DNA from: an uncultured delta proteobacterium
GTDB lineage: Bacteria; Desulfobacterota; Binatia; UBA9968
DNA: 64,000 nt
Assembly (NCBI GenBank): GCA_963737905.1
Contig: CAVTUQ010000002.1
Location: 96,001 to 160,000 of the forward strand
Reading direction: 5' to 3'
In this document: piece by piece, positions 54,486-64,000 of the stretch
Layout of the letters: each line of letters begins with the position of its first letter
How positions within the stretch are numbered: position 1 is the stretch's first letter
The notes under the pieces: model-generated
Databases searched by the model: none
What the model was told of the DNA's origin: nothing
What the model saw: only the letters and a program-made list of their open reading frames with translations
Translations under genes and position numbers: made by a program

Positions 54486-55721
54486 GGCACGCGACCCAAA
54501 GAGTCGCTCGTCGCGATGGGCAACCGACGGCATGGAAGCCAGCCATATGCAGATATCAGAGCAGGCCAAAACTAGCGCCGAGAGTGCAAACGAGACCAGA
54601 TAGCTGCCGGTCCAATCATACAAGGCGCCCCCCAACCAGGAGCCTAGGGCTCCGCCTAAGCCAACCGCGACCGTTGAGTAGCCGAGAATTGAACCAAACC
54701 CTTTACCGGAAAAGATGTCGGCAGTGAGCGCAGAGAAAATCACTGCGCGAGAGCCGAAGCCAATGCCAAAAAAAATGACGTAAACGTAGAGCAACCAGGT
54801 TTGGCTCGGATCACTGAGGATCATCAAGGCACCCACTCCCACCAGGGTCATCAAGACGTTTAACGTATAGGCCGCCTGCTTGGTCAAGAGGTCGGCGATG
54901 AAACCGAATACGACGCGACCAAAGCTGCTGGTGATCCCGGCGAGGCCAAAGATCGTTGCGGCTAATAGTTTACTGTAACCCACATCGACCACATGGGCGA
55001 CTTGGTGGGTCACAATCACCGTCGTGCCGGAGGCCGCGCAGATACGCGCAAAGAACAGGAGCCAGAACTGCAGACTCCGGAGCGCTAGCTTGGCCGTCCA
55101 GCGATGGTCCTCGGGCTTCGACTCTTTTCTCGATCGAAGTCTTTCGCCGAAAGGCCCATGCTGGTAAAAGAGCCATGCCAACGGCAACAGCAATATCAGC
55201 ACGATCCCGGAAAACGTTTGAAAGGCCCGCGGCCATCCCCAGCTCGAGAGCAACCATTCACTGAGCGGCGCAAGAAGTAAGATGCCCACGCCCGTCCCCG
55301 CGTAGACGAAACCGATGGCTGATGCACGATTGGAGACAAACCACTCCGAAACCAAAAACACATGGGGCACCATGCCGGTGAAAGTGATACCAACGGCGGA
55401 AATCAAACCGAAGAAGATGTAGAGTTGCCACAGACTGTCAATCATGCTGCTCAGCAGCAGTCCCAAAGCCAAGACGAGACAGCCACTACAGACGATTGTT
55501 TTAGTGCCGAAGCGATCCAGGAGATAGCCGACAGCGGGCGAGAGGATCGCATCCACGGTCAGTACCATGGAAAAAACTCCGGCGGTTGCGCCGCGGCTCC
55601 AGCCGAAAGTGTCAAGCAGGGCCACATAGAAAACCCCAAACGAAGAATGGAGACCGCGGGTAAAACCAAGAACAACGAAGGCAAGCGCAGCGACCAGCCA
55701 AGGAGTCGGAGAAAAACGCAT
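54483..55721 (-). CDS. MFS transporter (OFA/MCT-like)
   Basis: About 12 TM helices, GYLLDRFG motif A. Confidence 0.92.
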   Translation of the reverse strand: MRFSPTPWLVAALAFVVLGFTRGLHSSFGVFYVALLDTFGWSRGATAGVFSMVLTVDAILSPAVGYLLDRFGTKTIVCSGCLVLALGLLLSSMIDSLWQLYIFFGLISAVGITFTGMVPHVFLVSEWFVSNRASAIGFVYAGTGVGILLLAPLSEWLLSSWGWPRAFQTFSGIVLILLLPLAWLFYQHGPFGERLRSRKESKPEDHRWTAKLALRSLQFWLLFFARICAASGTTVIVTHQVAHVVDVGYSKLLAATIFGLAGITSSFGRVVFGFIADLLTKQAAYTLNVLMTLVGVGALMILSDPSQTWLLYVYVIFFGIGFGSRAVIFSALTADIFSGKGFGSILGYSTVAVGLGGALGSWLGGALYDWTGSYLVSFALSALVLACSDICIWLASMPSVAHRDERLFGSRA

Positions 55722-55816
55722 GATGATCGATAATCATTTTCTTAACAGAGTGAGCAGCCCCCGACAAGCTAATGCAGGTTGAGTTTTCATCGAGTCTATT
55801 CTAATTAAAAGCTTCC

Positions 55817-56665
55817 ATGATCAAGACATGGTTGATTCGCGGGCTAGGGTTTCTATTCATCGTCGCCGGTTGCGCAACTCTAGAATCGGGTGGAGAGTTC
55901 TTGTCCGGCCGGCGGGCCCTCATGAGCGGAGACTCCGCCGTTGCGCTCGGTTATTTCGAGCAAATTGCCAAACGCGATCCCAATTACGTTGCGCCTTTTA
56001 CTTCGTTTAGAGAAAGCATTTGGACCTATCTGGGGCGCGCTCAATATCAGTCCGGTAAGCTCGTCGAGGCCAAGGGGTCATTGGAAAGAGCGCTGTCCCA
56101 AATTCCCGGCGATTCAGTGGCCAAGCTTTACCTCGCATTGACGAACCTGCGCCTGCAAACAACGGAGAAAGCCACCAATCCGTTTACCTTACAGGACATT
56201 TCCTTTGCGCTCCGCGAACGGGTCGAGCCCAAGCGGGTCGCCGCTCTTGTCCGGGAACGCGGCGTTGCTTTTGATCTCACCACCGAGTCCGAGAGCCAAC
56301 TTAGAAAGGCCGGCGCCGATGACTTTCTGCTCGACGAGATCAAGAAAATTCGCGCTGAAGCCTTGAAACGAGGAAAGACCAATGAGAGCCAGCTCGGCGA
56401 ACGGGCTAAAGCACTCGCCGCCGCTCTTGCCGGAATTCGCGATCAGCTGGATTACTTAAACAGCACCCGGCAAGGGATCTTCTGGGATCCTAACAAGGAG
56501 ATTCGCTCGCAAATTCAGACCGGGCTTTCGCTCCTCTCGGCGCCCCAGCCCGACTGGGAGAAAATCTTGAGCACGGGCGAGTGGGTGGGACAGAGACTCG
56601 AAGAAGAGATTGACCTGGTCCGGCGGGACGAGGCCGAAGAGTTACGCCAGCAACAGCGGCGTTAG
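55817..56665 (+). CDS. TPR-containing lipoprotein
   Basis: Lipobox VAGC; TPR-like helices (WTYLGRAQY...AKGSLERAL). Confidence 0.75.
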   Translation: MIKTWLIRGLGFLFIVAGCATLESGGEFLSGRRALMSGDSAVALGYFEQIAKRDPNYVAPFTSFRESIWTYLGRAQYQSGKLVEAKGSLERALSQIPGDSVAKLYLALTNLRLQTTEKATNPFTLQDISFALRERVEPKRVAALVRERGVAFDLTTESESQLRKAGADDFLLDEIKKIRAEALKRGKTNESQLGERAKALAAALAGIRDQLDYLNSTRQGIFWDPNKEIRSQIQTGLSLLSAPQPDWEKILSTGEWVGQRLEEEIDLVRRDEAEELRQQQRR

Positions 56666-56690
56666 CCGGCAGAGCGCGATGCGGAGAGCC

Positions 56691-58269
56691 TTAGCAAGTT
56701 AGATCCACACGACCTAATCGTTTTTCGGCGCTACAGGCTCTTCGCGTCGCTTCGATCTCGTCCAGCACCTCTTGGCTGCCGGGGCTGATGGTGCGCGCCT
56801 TCTCCAGCTCTGCCAGTGCAGCCGCATAGTTTCCCTGTACCCGGTGGCTCTTGGCCCGGTTGATGTAGGACGCGATGCTAATAGTTTGCACGGGGGGTTT
56901 GACCGGCGTTACCTGGGGAGGCTCAACGGCGGGTCTGTAGGGTGGAGGTTCCGGTGGCGGTTTCACGACCGCTTCTCGGACTACGATGTCTAACGCCACG
57001 CTTTCGATTCCACCCCAGTCGGGCAACCACTGCGATCTTGCCCGGTCGTAAAGCCATCAATTCGCCGCGAGAGTTAACCGCGGCGATCGATGTATCGCTG
57101 CTACGCCATTCAACGCCGCTGGCAAGTCCCTTCTCGTTGCCATCGGAGTATCTTGCCTTCACCCGAAGGGGAAGCCGCTCCTGGGTTTTGACCTCGCGCC
57201 TAGCCGCGGAAACCGTGAGAGCAACCAATTGGGCTGCCACTGGAGTTTTTACAGCTGGCTTCTCTTCCGGCACAGTGACAGGCAAAACGGGCTTCTCCTC
57301 TCGCACGGCAAGAGTCCAAGCCGGGCTTGCGAGATCGCCGTATCGCGCGGTGATTTTCGTCTCTCCGGCCTGCCGGGCCGTGACTCGACCTTGATCATCG
57401 ATCGTTGCCACACGCGGTTCGCTGGTGAGCCATCTGACGTCCTCATGGATGTTCTTCTGCGTTCCATCGCTGTAGTGTCCCGTGAGGGCGATATTTAACG
57501 TTTCGTTGGGGCCGATCTCTTGCCGATCGCCGCTCAAGCCGAGACTAACGAGGCTTGGGGCGGAAACGGGTGGCGGTTTTACCGTTGCAACTTCCGGCCC
57601 CGAAGGTTGCCTATCTCCTTCTCCAAACCAAAGGAGGGAGCCGAGCACTGCTACGATGATGAAAGCTCCGGCGACTGCCATTTTCCACCATCCTGGCAGC
57701 TTGCGATCAGACTCTATGGATGTCGGACCGATTCGGAGCGGCGGCGGTGTGGAAAGCCTGGAGCTTTCATCGCTCATTGCCGATCGATCGACGGCGCGGG
57801 CTTCCTCTATACTGGACTCTGAAATCCGCTGCTTTTCTCGAGGGACTTCCTCGACGTCAGAAAGCTTTTGCTGCGCCGGCTTACTCATGAGTGACTGCAG
57901 GTCCGCAATCAATTGCCGGGCTCCGAGCGAATCCGTCGAACCGTCCCAATCCGTCAAGTCCGCCGCCTGAATACTGCGAAATCCAACCGGAGGTTTGACG
58001 GGTTCGATCAGTACCGGAATCAGCTTTCCTATAGCCCGCGCCTCTTCCGCTTCTTCCTTGACCCAATCGCTGTCCACCGAGTGAGTCGACCACAAGACCA
58101 CCATGCAACGCATGTCGCGAAGCGCTTCTTCGATCATCGAGCGCCAGGTACGACCGGCAGGAATGCGCCGGTCCCACCAGACGGTACAGCCGGCGGATTC
58201 GAGAAGACCCGCCACGGCGCGCGCCGTTTCCCGGTCTTCGTTGGCATAGCTGAGAAAGATATCCGCCAT
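56691..58269 (-). CDS. TIR domain + TM + two Ig-like (Big_2) domains + TPR-like tail; one-base frameshift at ~57019
   Basis: DIFLSYA...VWWD...WS..S..SDWVKEEA; hydrophobic MAVAGAFIIVAVLGSLLWF; two YSDG...W.(T/S)S...A...G repeats. Confidence 0.85.
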
Positions 58270-58502
58270 GGGGCTCGCAACCAATGGGCTGAAACAGCCA
58301 ATCCTGGAATTGCTCGATGCTGGATGTTAGCAAATCTTACTGCAATTGTAATTGCAAATTCCACGGCCGCAGCACGGCATGTCCAGCGAGAAGTTCCGGA
58401 TCCAAGAAAAGGATGTTTGCCGTTGACACTCACCCGCTCGGCTTGATAGACGCACAAACAGAATACCGGCACATTAAGCGCACACGTTGTAAGGAGGTCA
58501 CT

Positions 58503-59324
58503 ATGGTTATACGAGAACTAAAAGACGGCTCATCGTTCGTCAGCACCCAGGAAGATCACGCCGAGCTTTCGGCACAATTTGCCGCGCACTGGGGCAACAA
58601 GGATTTCGCCAGGCTCCGCCCTTACGAGACCATGGTGTTCGCCACAACTTATCACGACAGCGGTTACCGGGAATGGGAAGGGAATCCGCCGATGAACGTG
58701 GCAAAGGGGCGTCCCTACGCGTTCCGGGAAGAGATCCCATCTTTCGAACCAGCCGAACTGCAGGCCTATGCGCGTAACGTCGATTGGGTAAGCTCACAAG
58801 ACCGCTACGCCGGCCTTTTGGTTTCTATGCACCGCACCGGCCTGTGGCAAAACCGTTACGACTCTTTGTCGAGCCCCAAGGGTAGACTCCGCGAAAGAAG
58901 CCCGGAGGTCAAAGCCGTGAAGCAACAATTGGAAACCAAGCAGCAAGAAGAGAGACAATCTCTTGGCCTAGAGAACCCGGCCTTCGAAAACGAGTTGTGG
59001 TTCAATTATCGGGTGCTGCAGATCTACGATCTTCTGTCGCTCTATTTTTGCTGTGACGGTTATTCAGACGATGATCATTTTAAGGAAGATGTGCTGGCGC
59101 CCATTCGCTTATCCTATGGTAGCCAAGCCGAAGTGGAGCTGCGGATCATTCCCACCGGTCTCCGCTCGGTGAGAATGGAACCGTATCCATTCGATATCGC
59201 GCCGCTGACGGTGTCGGCGCGGGCAAGGGTCATTCCGCCCGGAAGCTATCCGTCGGAAGCCGCATGCCTGGAGGCCTATCACAAAGCGCCGCGCAAACTG
59301 TTGAGCTTCGAGATTTTCCAGTGA
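58503..59324 (+). CDS. DUF3891 family protein
   Basis: TQEDHAELSAQFAAHWGN, HDSG, LLVSMH, DLLSLYFC; AAGGAGG RBS. Confidence 0.8.
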   Translation: MVIRELKDGSSFVSTQEDHAELSAQFAAHWGNKDFARLRPYETMVFATTYHDSGYREWEGNPPMNVAKGRPYAFREEIPSFEPAELQAYARNVDWVSSQDRYAGLLVSMHRTGLWQNRYDSLSSPKGRLRERSPEVKAVKQQLETKQQEERQSLGLENPAFENELWFNYRVLQIYDLLSLYFCCDGYSDDDHFKEDVLAPIRLSYGSQAEVELRIIPTGLRSVRMEPYPFDIAPLTVSARARVIPPGSYPSEAACLEAYHKAPRKLLSFEIFQ

Positions 59325-59441
59325 TCTTACCAAGAAGAAAAAGTCAATGGTTTGCGGATTAGCTCGATCCCAATTGGTTGACCAGGCTTCGACATTGGTG
59401 CTAAACCGTCGGTCATTGACATTCTTTCAAGGAGCACGTTC

Positions 59442-60923
59442 ATGGCTAATTCTACTCTAGAGGTCGATGTCGCGATTATCGGAGGCGGGGGCGCGGGAAT
59501 CCCGGCAGCGATCGAGGTCGCCCGGGCCGGGGGGAAAGCGGTGGTCTTAGAGCAAGCTGATTCTTGCGGCGGAACGGCCGCTATTTCGGGCGGAGGCTGC
59601 TGCATTGTCGGAACGCCGCTGCAAAAAGCACAAGGCATCGAAGATACCCCTGATCTCGCTTTCGAAGATTGGGTCAAGTGGGGCCAAGGCGCTGCCGATG
59701 AAGTGTGGGCGCGATTCTATCTCGAACATACTCTCCATGACCTTTATCACTGGGCCGAAAACTGTGGCGCGAAGTGGGTCGATATGAAATTTCAGGAGGG
59801 CAACAGAGTGTTCCGCTGGCACCGGCCGGACAATAACGGACTCGGCTTGATGACCGCGTTTATCAAGACCACCGAGTCGTTGCCCAATATCAAGATCATG
59901 ACGTCCACCTCGGCGGGCAACCTCCTCACACAAAACGGCCGGGTTTGTGGTGTAACCGCAACAAATCATAGGAACGAGACCATCGATATTCACAGCAAGG
60001 CTGTGGTGGTCGCTACGGGAGGATTTAACTCGAACCTCGACATGGTCTTGGAGCACCGGCCTGAGTTCAAGAAGTTTAAAGTGATGGAAGGTTCCGGGTT
60101 CGGCGCCAAAGGCACCGGACACAAGATGGTCCGCGAATTGGGCGGTTATTTTACGCACATGGATAACATCTGGTTCTATGTCTATGCCACACCGGATTAC
60201 CGCGATCCCCAAGGCAGACGCGGTCTGGTTTTTCGCCTCACACCCGGCTATATCTGGTTCAATCAGCAAGGGAAACGTTTCCATAACGAATCCCTCACCG
60301 GCGGCGCCTCAGCCACACCCGCGCTGCTCCGGCAAAATCCGCCCCACGCCTGGGCGATCCTCGACACGCCGATGACGGCGAAGATGGAAGTGGCCGATCC
60401 CTACTATCGCGACGGCGATAAAACCAGCAGAGATAAAGTACAGGAGCTGCTCGACACTTCGCCGTACATCAAGAAAGCCAACACCCTGGCCGAGCTTGCC
60501 AGGAAAGTCGAAGTGGATGTGGAGTCGTTTGTTTCTACGATAGAGCGCTACAATAAAGCCTTCGATGACGCCCTGGACCGGGAGCCGGAATTCGGCAAAT
60601 CTTTGAAGCTATCCAAAAAATTTGACGCCCCGCCCTACTATGCGATTCAATTATTTCCCCTGGCGCGGAAAAACTTTGGCGGTGTCAAAACCGATCTCCG
60701 CTGTCGCGTGTTGAACAAATATTTCGAGCCGATTCCTGGGCTTTACGCCGCTGGGGAAGTCGCGGGCATGGCGGGAGGTCATATCAACGGCAAGGCGGGG
60801 CTCGAAGGCACCATGCTCGGTCCGTCCATCTTCAGCGGGCGCGTGGCCGGAGCGTGGGCCGCGCACGAAGCGGGCTTCGGTCCCGGTTTCGTCGGCAAAC
60901 CGAATCGGCCGGAGTTAGACTGA
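59442..60923 (+). CDS. FAD-dependent oxidoreductase (FAD_binding_2: flavocytochrome c/KstD-like)
   Basis: GGGGAG, GGTAAISGG, VVVATGGF, GLYAAGE. Confidence 0.88.
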   Translation: MANSTLEVDVAIIGGGGAGIPAAIEVARAGGKAVVLEQADSCGGTAAISGGGCCIVGTPLQKAQGIEDTPDLAFEDWVKWGQGAADEVWARFYLEHTLHDLYHWAENCGAKWVDMKFQEGNRVFRWHRPDNNGLGLMTAFIKTTESLPNIKIMTSTSAGNLLTQNGRVCGVTATNHRNETIDIHSKAVVVATGGFNSNLDMVLEHRPEFKKFKVMEGSGFGAKGTGHKMVRELGGYFTHMDNIWFYVYATPDYRDPQGRRGLVFRLTPGYIWFNQQGKRFHNESLTGGASATPALLRQNPPHAWAILDTPMTAKMEVADPYYRDGDKTSRDKVQELLDTSPYIKKANTLAELARKVEVDVESFVSTIERYNKAFDDALDREPEFGKSLKLSKKFDAPPYYAIQLFPLARKNFGGVKTDLRCRVLNKYFEPIPGLYAAGEVAGMAGGHINGKAGLEGTMLGPSIFSGRVAGAWAAHEAGFGPGFVGKPNRPELD

Positions 60924-61002
60924 ACAAAAAAGGTCTAGTAACCTAACAGCGCAAATTCAAAGTCTTTGCGCGAACTGCTGGAACCGGATCCAGTCTGACT
61001 TC

Positions 61003-61036
61003 TTGAACGATTTGAACGGCTTGAACATTTGGAACG
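61003..61036. repeat. Nonamer tandem repeat (ttgaacNNN)x4
   Basis: ttgaacgat-ttgaacggc-ttgaacatt-tggaacg. Confidence 0.7.
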
Positions 61037-61075
61037 AAAAGCAGCGCTGAGGCTGCCCGTAACAAAATACTGACC

Positions 61076-63481
61076 ATGCTGGATACCAACGAATCAACAC
61101 CGGCCAAGAAATTGGTTCGCGGCTATTGCGCGCTCTGCACGGCTCACTGTGCGACCATCGCGACAGTGGAAGATGGCCGAGTGATCCGACTCGATCCTGA
61201 CCATGATCACCCCAACGGAGGCGTTATATGCATTAAAGGCAAGGCCGCCCCCGAGCTAGTCTACAATACAGACCGTCTCAATTATCCGCTCAAGCGCACG
61301 CGGCCCAAAGGAGATCCGGATCCCGGTTGGCAGAGAGTGAGTTGGGACGAAGCGCTCAATGACATTTCCCAGCGCTTGAGCTCGATCCGCGACCGTTACG
61401 GCGCCAAGGCGGTCGCTCTAGGTAAAGGCACCAAGAGCGGCACGTCAGTGGATGACGTCGAACGATGGCTCGGCCGTTTTCTCTACCTTTTCGGCAGTCC
61501 CAACTGGGTTTCAACGACTCACGTTTGTAACTGGCATAGGGACACCGGTTTCAGCTTCACCTTCGGCACGAATCTCCCGACACCGGACCTCGCGCACAGT
61601 AAAACGTTCCTACTCTGGGGTCACAATCCAAGCTCCACTTCTCTCGTCTTGGCCCACGACATCGTCGCCGCTCGGGCGCGGGGCATGAAAACCGTCGTCG
61701 TGGATCCGCGGCGTATCGGCATCGGCAGCCAGGCGGACATGCTTCTCCAAGTCCGGCCGGGCACCGACGGCGCCCTCGCCTTGGCGATGATTCATTGTTT
61801 GATGGAAGAGAGCTGGTACGACGCCTCCTTCGCGCGGCAGTGGACCAATGGGCCTTTTCTGTTGAATGGCGCGACAGGACAGGTTGTCACGGAAGCGGAT
61901 CTGACGGGGGACGAAGCGTCCAACCGTTACGTCGTGTGGGATGAATTGAAGGATCAACCGGCGATCTACGATCCTGACACCGGCGTCTACGAACATGACC
62001 AAGTGCTGCCGGCGCTTTTCGGCGCGCGCACGCTCCAGGGAAAGAATGGTAAAGAGATAACATGCAAACCTGTCTTCGAGCGTCTCGGCGAAATCGCCTC
62101 CGCCTTCGCTCCCGAGCGCTCGGAAAAGATCACCTGGGTGCCGGCCGACAAAGTTTGGCAAACCGCTCTGATGCTGGCGCACAACCGTCCCTTGAGCATG
62201 TACATGTGGAACGGCATCGGCCAACACACCAATGCCACGCAAACCAGTCGAGCCATCGCATCGCTTTATGCGCTGCTGGGCGACATCGATCGGCCGGGCG
62301 GCAATGTGATGTTTCCCAAAGTTCCGGTCAACGACGTCAGTGGAAAAGAATTCTTACCAAAGGAAATGGCGGCGGTGCGTGTCGGCCGTGAGAGAAAACC
62401 TCTTGGGCCACCGGCACAACCAGGCAATTGCGCGGCCTACGATATCTTCACTGCAATCTTGGAAGAGCGCCCTTATCCGATAAAAGCGCTGTTAAACTTC
62501 GGCTCCAATACCGTGATGTCCACTGCCGACTCACGGCGAGCACGCGCCGCGCTCGGCGCTTTGGAGCTCGGCGTGGCCGTTGATCTTTTCATGACGCCCA
62601 CGGCGGAACTGTGCGACTACGTCTTGCCGGCGACGAGTTTTCTTGAGATGGCCAATCTCACAACCGCCTTTGAACACAGACCGGCCGGCAAGACTCACTC
62701 ACAGTATCGACCAGCAGTTGTGGAACCTATCGCGGAGCGCCACTCCGACACCTGGATCATTTTTGAATTGGCCAAAAGGCTCGGCTTCGGCGAGCAGTTC
62801 TGGAACGGCGACATTGAAGCGGGCTATGCTTACGAATTGGTGCCTTCGGGACTTACCCTGGAACAAGTTAAGAACTCACCCGGTGGAATATCTTTGCCCG
62901 CAGCCACGACCTACGAGAAGCACGCCACGAAAAGCAAAAATGGCGTCCTGCGTGGATTCACGACGCCGTCGAAGAAGGTCGAGCTCTATTGCCACAAGTT
63001 CGCGGCCCACGGATATCCGACGATGCCCGAATACGTGGAACCCGCTTTGAGCCCAGTCAGCCGCCCGGAGGTGGCGGCGGACTATCCGCTCGTGCTCACC
63101 AACGCGAAGTTCACGACTTTCGTGCATAGCCAGCAGCGCGCACTGCCAAGCCTGCGGAAATCAACCCCGGAACCGACGGCGGATATTCACCCCGATAGCG
63201 CCACCCGTTTCGGCATCGCGAACAAGCAATGGATGATCGTTGAGAGTCCCCGCGGCGCCATCAAAGTCCGCGCTCGCGTCACTCCCAATATCGTCCCCGG
63301 CGTAGTTTGCTGCCAGCATGGTTGGTGGCAGGACTGCAAAGAACTTGAACTACCGGGTTACAATCCGTACGGGAGCGACGGCGCCAATCCTGCCACCCTT
63401 ATCGGCACCGATCTCAGCGATCCCGTCAGCGGCTCTCTGCCCCACCGCTCCTACCTCTGCCGCGTCAGACCGGCGGAATGA
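61076..63481 (+). CDS. Molybdopterin-dependent oxidoreductase (DMSO reductase family) with N-terminal 4Fe-4S
   Basis: CALCTAHC...CIKG, RLNYPLKR, PGTDGALA, DYVLPA; no Tat signal. Confidence 0.92.
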   Translation: MLDTNESTPAKKLVRGYCALCTAHCATIATVEDGRVIRLDPDHDHPNGGVICIKGKAAPELVYNTDRLNYPLKRTRPKGDPDPGWQRVSWDEALNDISQRLSSIRDRYGAKAVALGKGTKSGTSVDDVERWLGRFLYLFGSPNWVSTTHVCNWHRDTGFSFTFGTNLPTPDLAHSKTFLLWGHNPSSTSLVLAHDIVAARARGMKTVVVDPRRIGIGSQADMLLQVRPGTDGALALAMIHCLMEESWYDASFARQWTNGPFLLNGATGQVVTEADLTGDEASNRYVVWDELKDQPAIYDPDTGVYEHDQVLPALFGARTLQGKNGKEITCKPVFERLGEIASAFAPERSEKITWVPADKVWQTALMLAHNRPLSMYMWNGIGQHTNATQTSRAIASLYALLGDIDRPGGNVMFPKVPVNDVSGKEFLPKEMAAVRVGRERKPLGPPAQPGNCAAYDIFTAILEERPYPIKALLNFGSNTVMSTADSRRARAALGALELGVAVDLFMTPTAELCDYVLPATSFLEMANLTTAFEHRPAGKTHSQYRPAVVEPIAERHSDTWIIFELAKRLGFGEQFWNGDIEAGYAYELVPSGLTLEQVKNSPGGISLPAATTYEKHATKSKNGVLRGFTTPSKKVELYCHKFAAHGYPTMPEYVEPALSPVSRPEVAADYPLVLTNAKFTTFVHSQQRALPSLRKSTPEPTADIHPDSATRFGIANKQWMIVESPRGAIKVRARVTPNIVPGVVCCQHGWWQDCKELELPGYNPYGSDGANPATLIGTDLSDPVSGSLPHRSYLCRVRPAE

Positions 63482-63537
63482 CGTCTAGGTAAGCAACCCC
63501 CCTGAGGCAAAGCTGCGGGGGTTCAAACCCGAAGTGA

Positions 63538-63561
63538 TTGAACAGTTTGAACGTCTGGAAC
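63538..63561. repeat. Nonamer tandem repeat (ttgaacNNN)x3
   Basis: ttgaacagt-ttgaacgtc-tggaac. Confidence 0.65.
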
Positions 63562-63599
63562 TCTAAGCTGAAAGGCCAAGCACGCCAATCTGAAACCTG

Positions 63600-64000
63600 C
63601 TATCTGGAACCTTTTACCGTAGCGGCTTTCAGATCCGCCGTAAGGGAAGTCAGGATCTCCTCGAGAGCTTGGTTCCAGCCTTTGACTAGGGCTTCCGGCG
63701 TTCGACCGGTCAAGGGGACAGACTTCGCGTACCTTTTCTGCAAGAGGATGCCGGCCTTCGTGGGAATTTCGCTGGTCAAGAAAAACTCCATCTCCAAAAC
63801 AGCTCGCGGTGAGTCGGTATTGCGAAAATCGCCATAGAGCGTATTCACCGTGCCTTCCAAAACATAAGTCGGCTGCGATTGGTTCGACGGGCTGATGACA
63901 TAGTTGAACAGCTGCGACCCGATCAAATCTTTCCGGACTTCCTCGGTGATCAGCGAGGAAGGAGACACTAAAAACTGGTTATAGAAATCAGATTCGTAGC
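63600..64000 (-). CDS. ABC transport auxiliary lipoprotein (PqiC-like), 5' end outside the window
   Basis: YNQFLVSPSSLI, LEGTVNTLYGD, LVKGWNQALEEIL. Confidence 0.7.
   Translation of the reverse strand, partial: YESDFYNQFLVSPSSLITEEVRKDLIGSQLFNYVISPSNQSQPTYVLEGTVNTLYGDFRNTDSPRAVLEMEFFLTSEIPTKAGILLQKRYAKSVPLTGRTPEALVKGWNQALEEILTSLTADLKAATVKGSR

Noticed and set aside
56691-58269. Thoeris, CBASS or Pycsar defence operon
   Set aside because: No SIR2/Macro, CD-NTase or adjacent cyclase; the cyclases are >40 kb away and REC-fused
63495-63523. Terminator after the molybdoenzyme
   Set aside because: The aacccc...ggggtt stem has a long loop and no U-tract; it cannot be distinguished from a degenerate REP

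Overview
64 kb of bacterial chromosome, roughly 55-58% GC by eye. Gene content suggests a Deltaproteobacteria-like soil lineage such as Candidatus Binatia, but that is an inference. Scattered single-base indels, including in mfd, point to a long-read consensus. In order, the window holds: (1) a rubrerythrin/Fe-S oxidoreductase/DUF3501/PerR operon; (2) a ~20 kb signalling locus with two parallel operons, each a giant cytoplasmic tandem-GAF histidine kinase (about 9 and 14 GAF repeats) followed by a single-domain receiver and a receiver-class III nucleotide cyclase; (3) two toxin-antitoxin pairs; (4) an RnfD-like/DUF2330 pair; (5) housekeeping genes nth, eno, ftsB, pcm, a GcvH-like gene, a ComDE-like pair, an LpxL-like gene, a mixed iscS-iscA-sufB-nifS-rrf2 operon, uvrA, PMM/PGM, pdxA, surA and mfd; (6) a TIR-TM-Ig protein, DUF3891, a flavoprotein and a molybdoenzyme. 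The strongest signals: GAF units appear to be reshuffled as cassettes between the two kinases (one ~420 bp unit is ~99% identical at different array positions); both cyclases have non-canonical base-specifying residues; there is a membrane TIR protein with Ig ectodomains; the GcvH lacks its lipoyl lysine; and several families of 7- to 9-nt-periodic palindromic repeats sit in intergenic spacers. I saw no rRNA, tRNA, CRISPR array or transposase.
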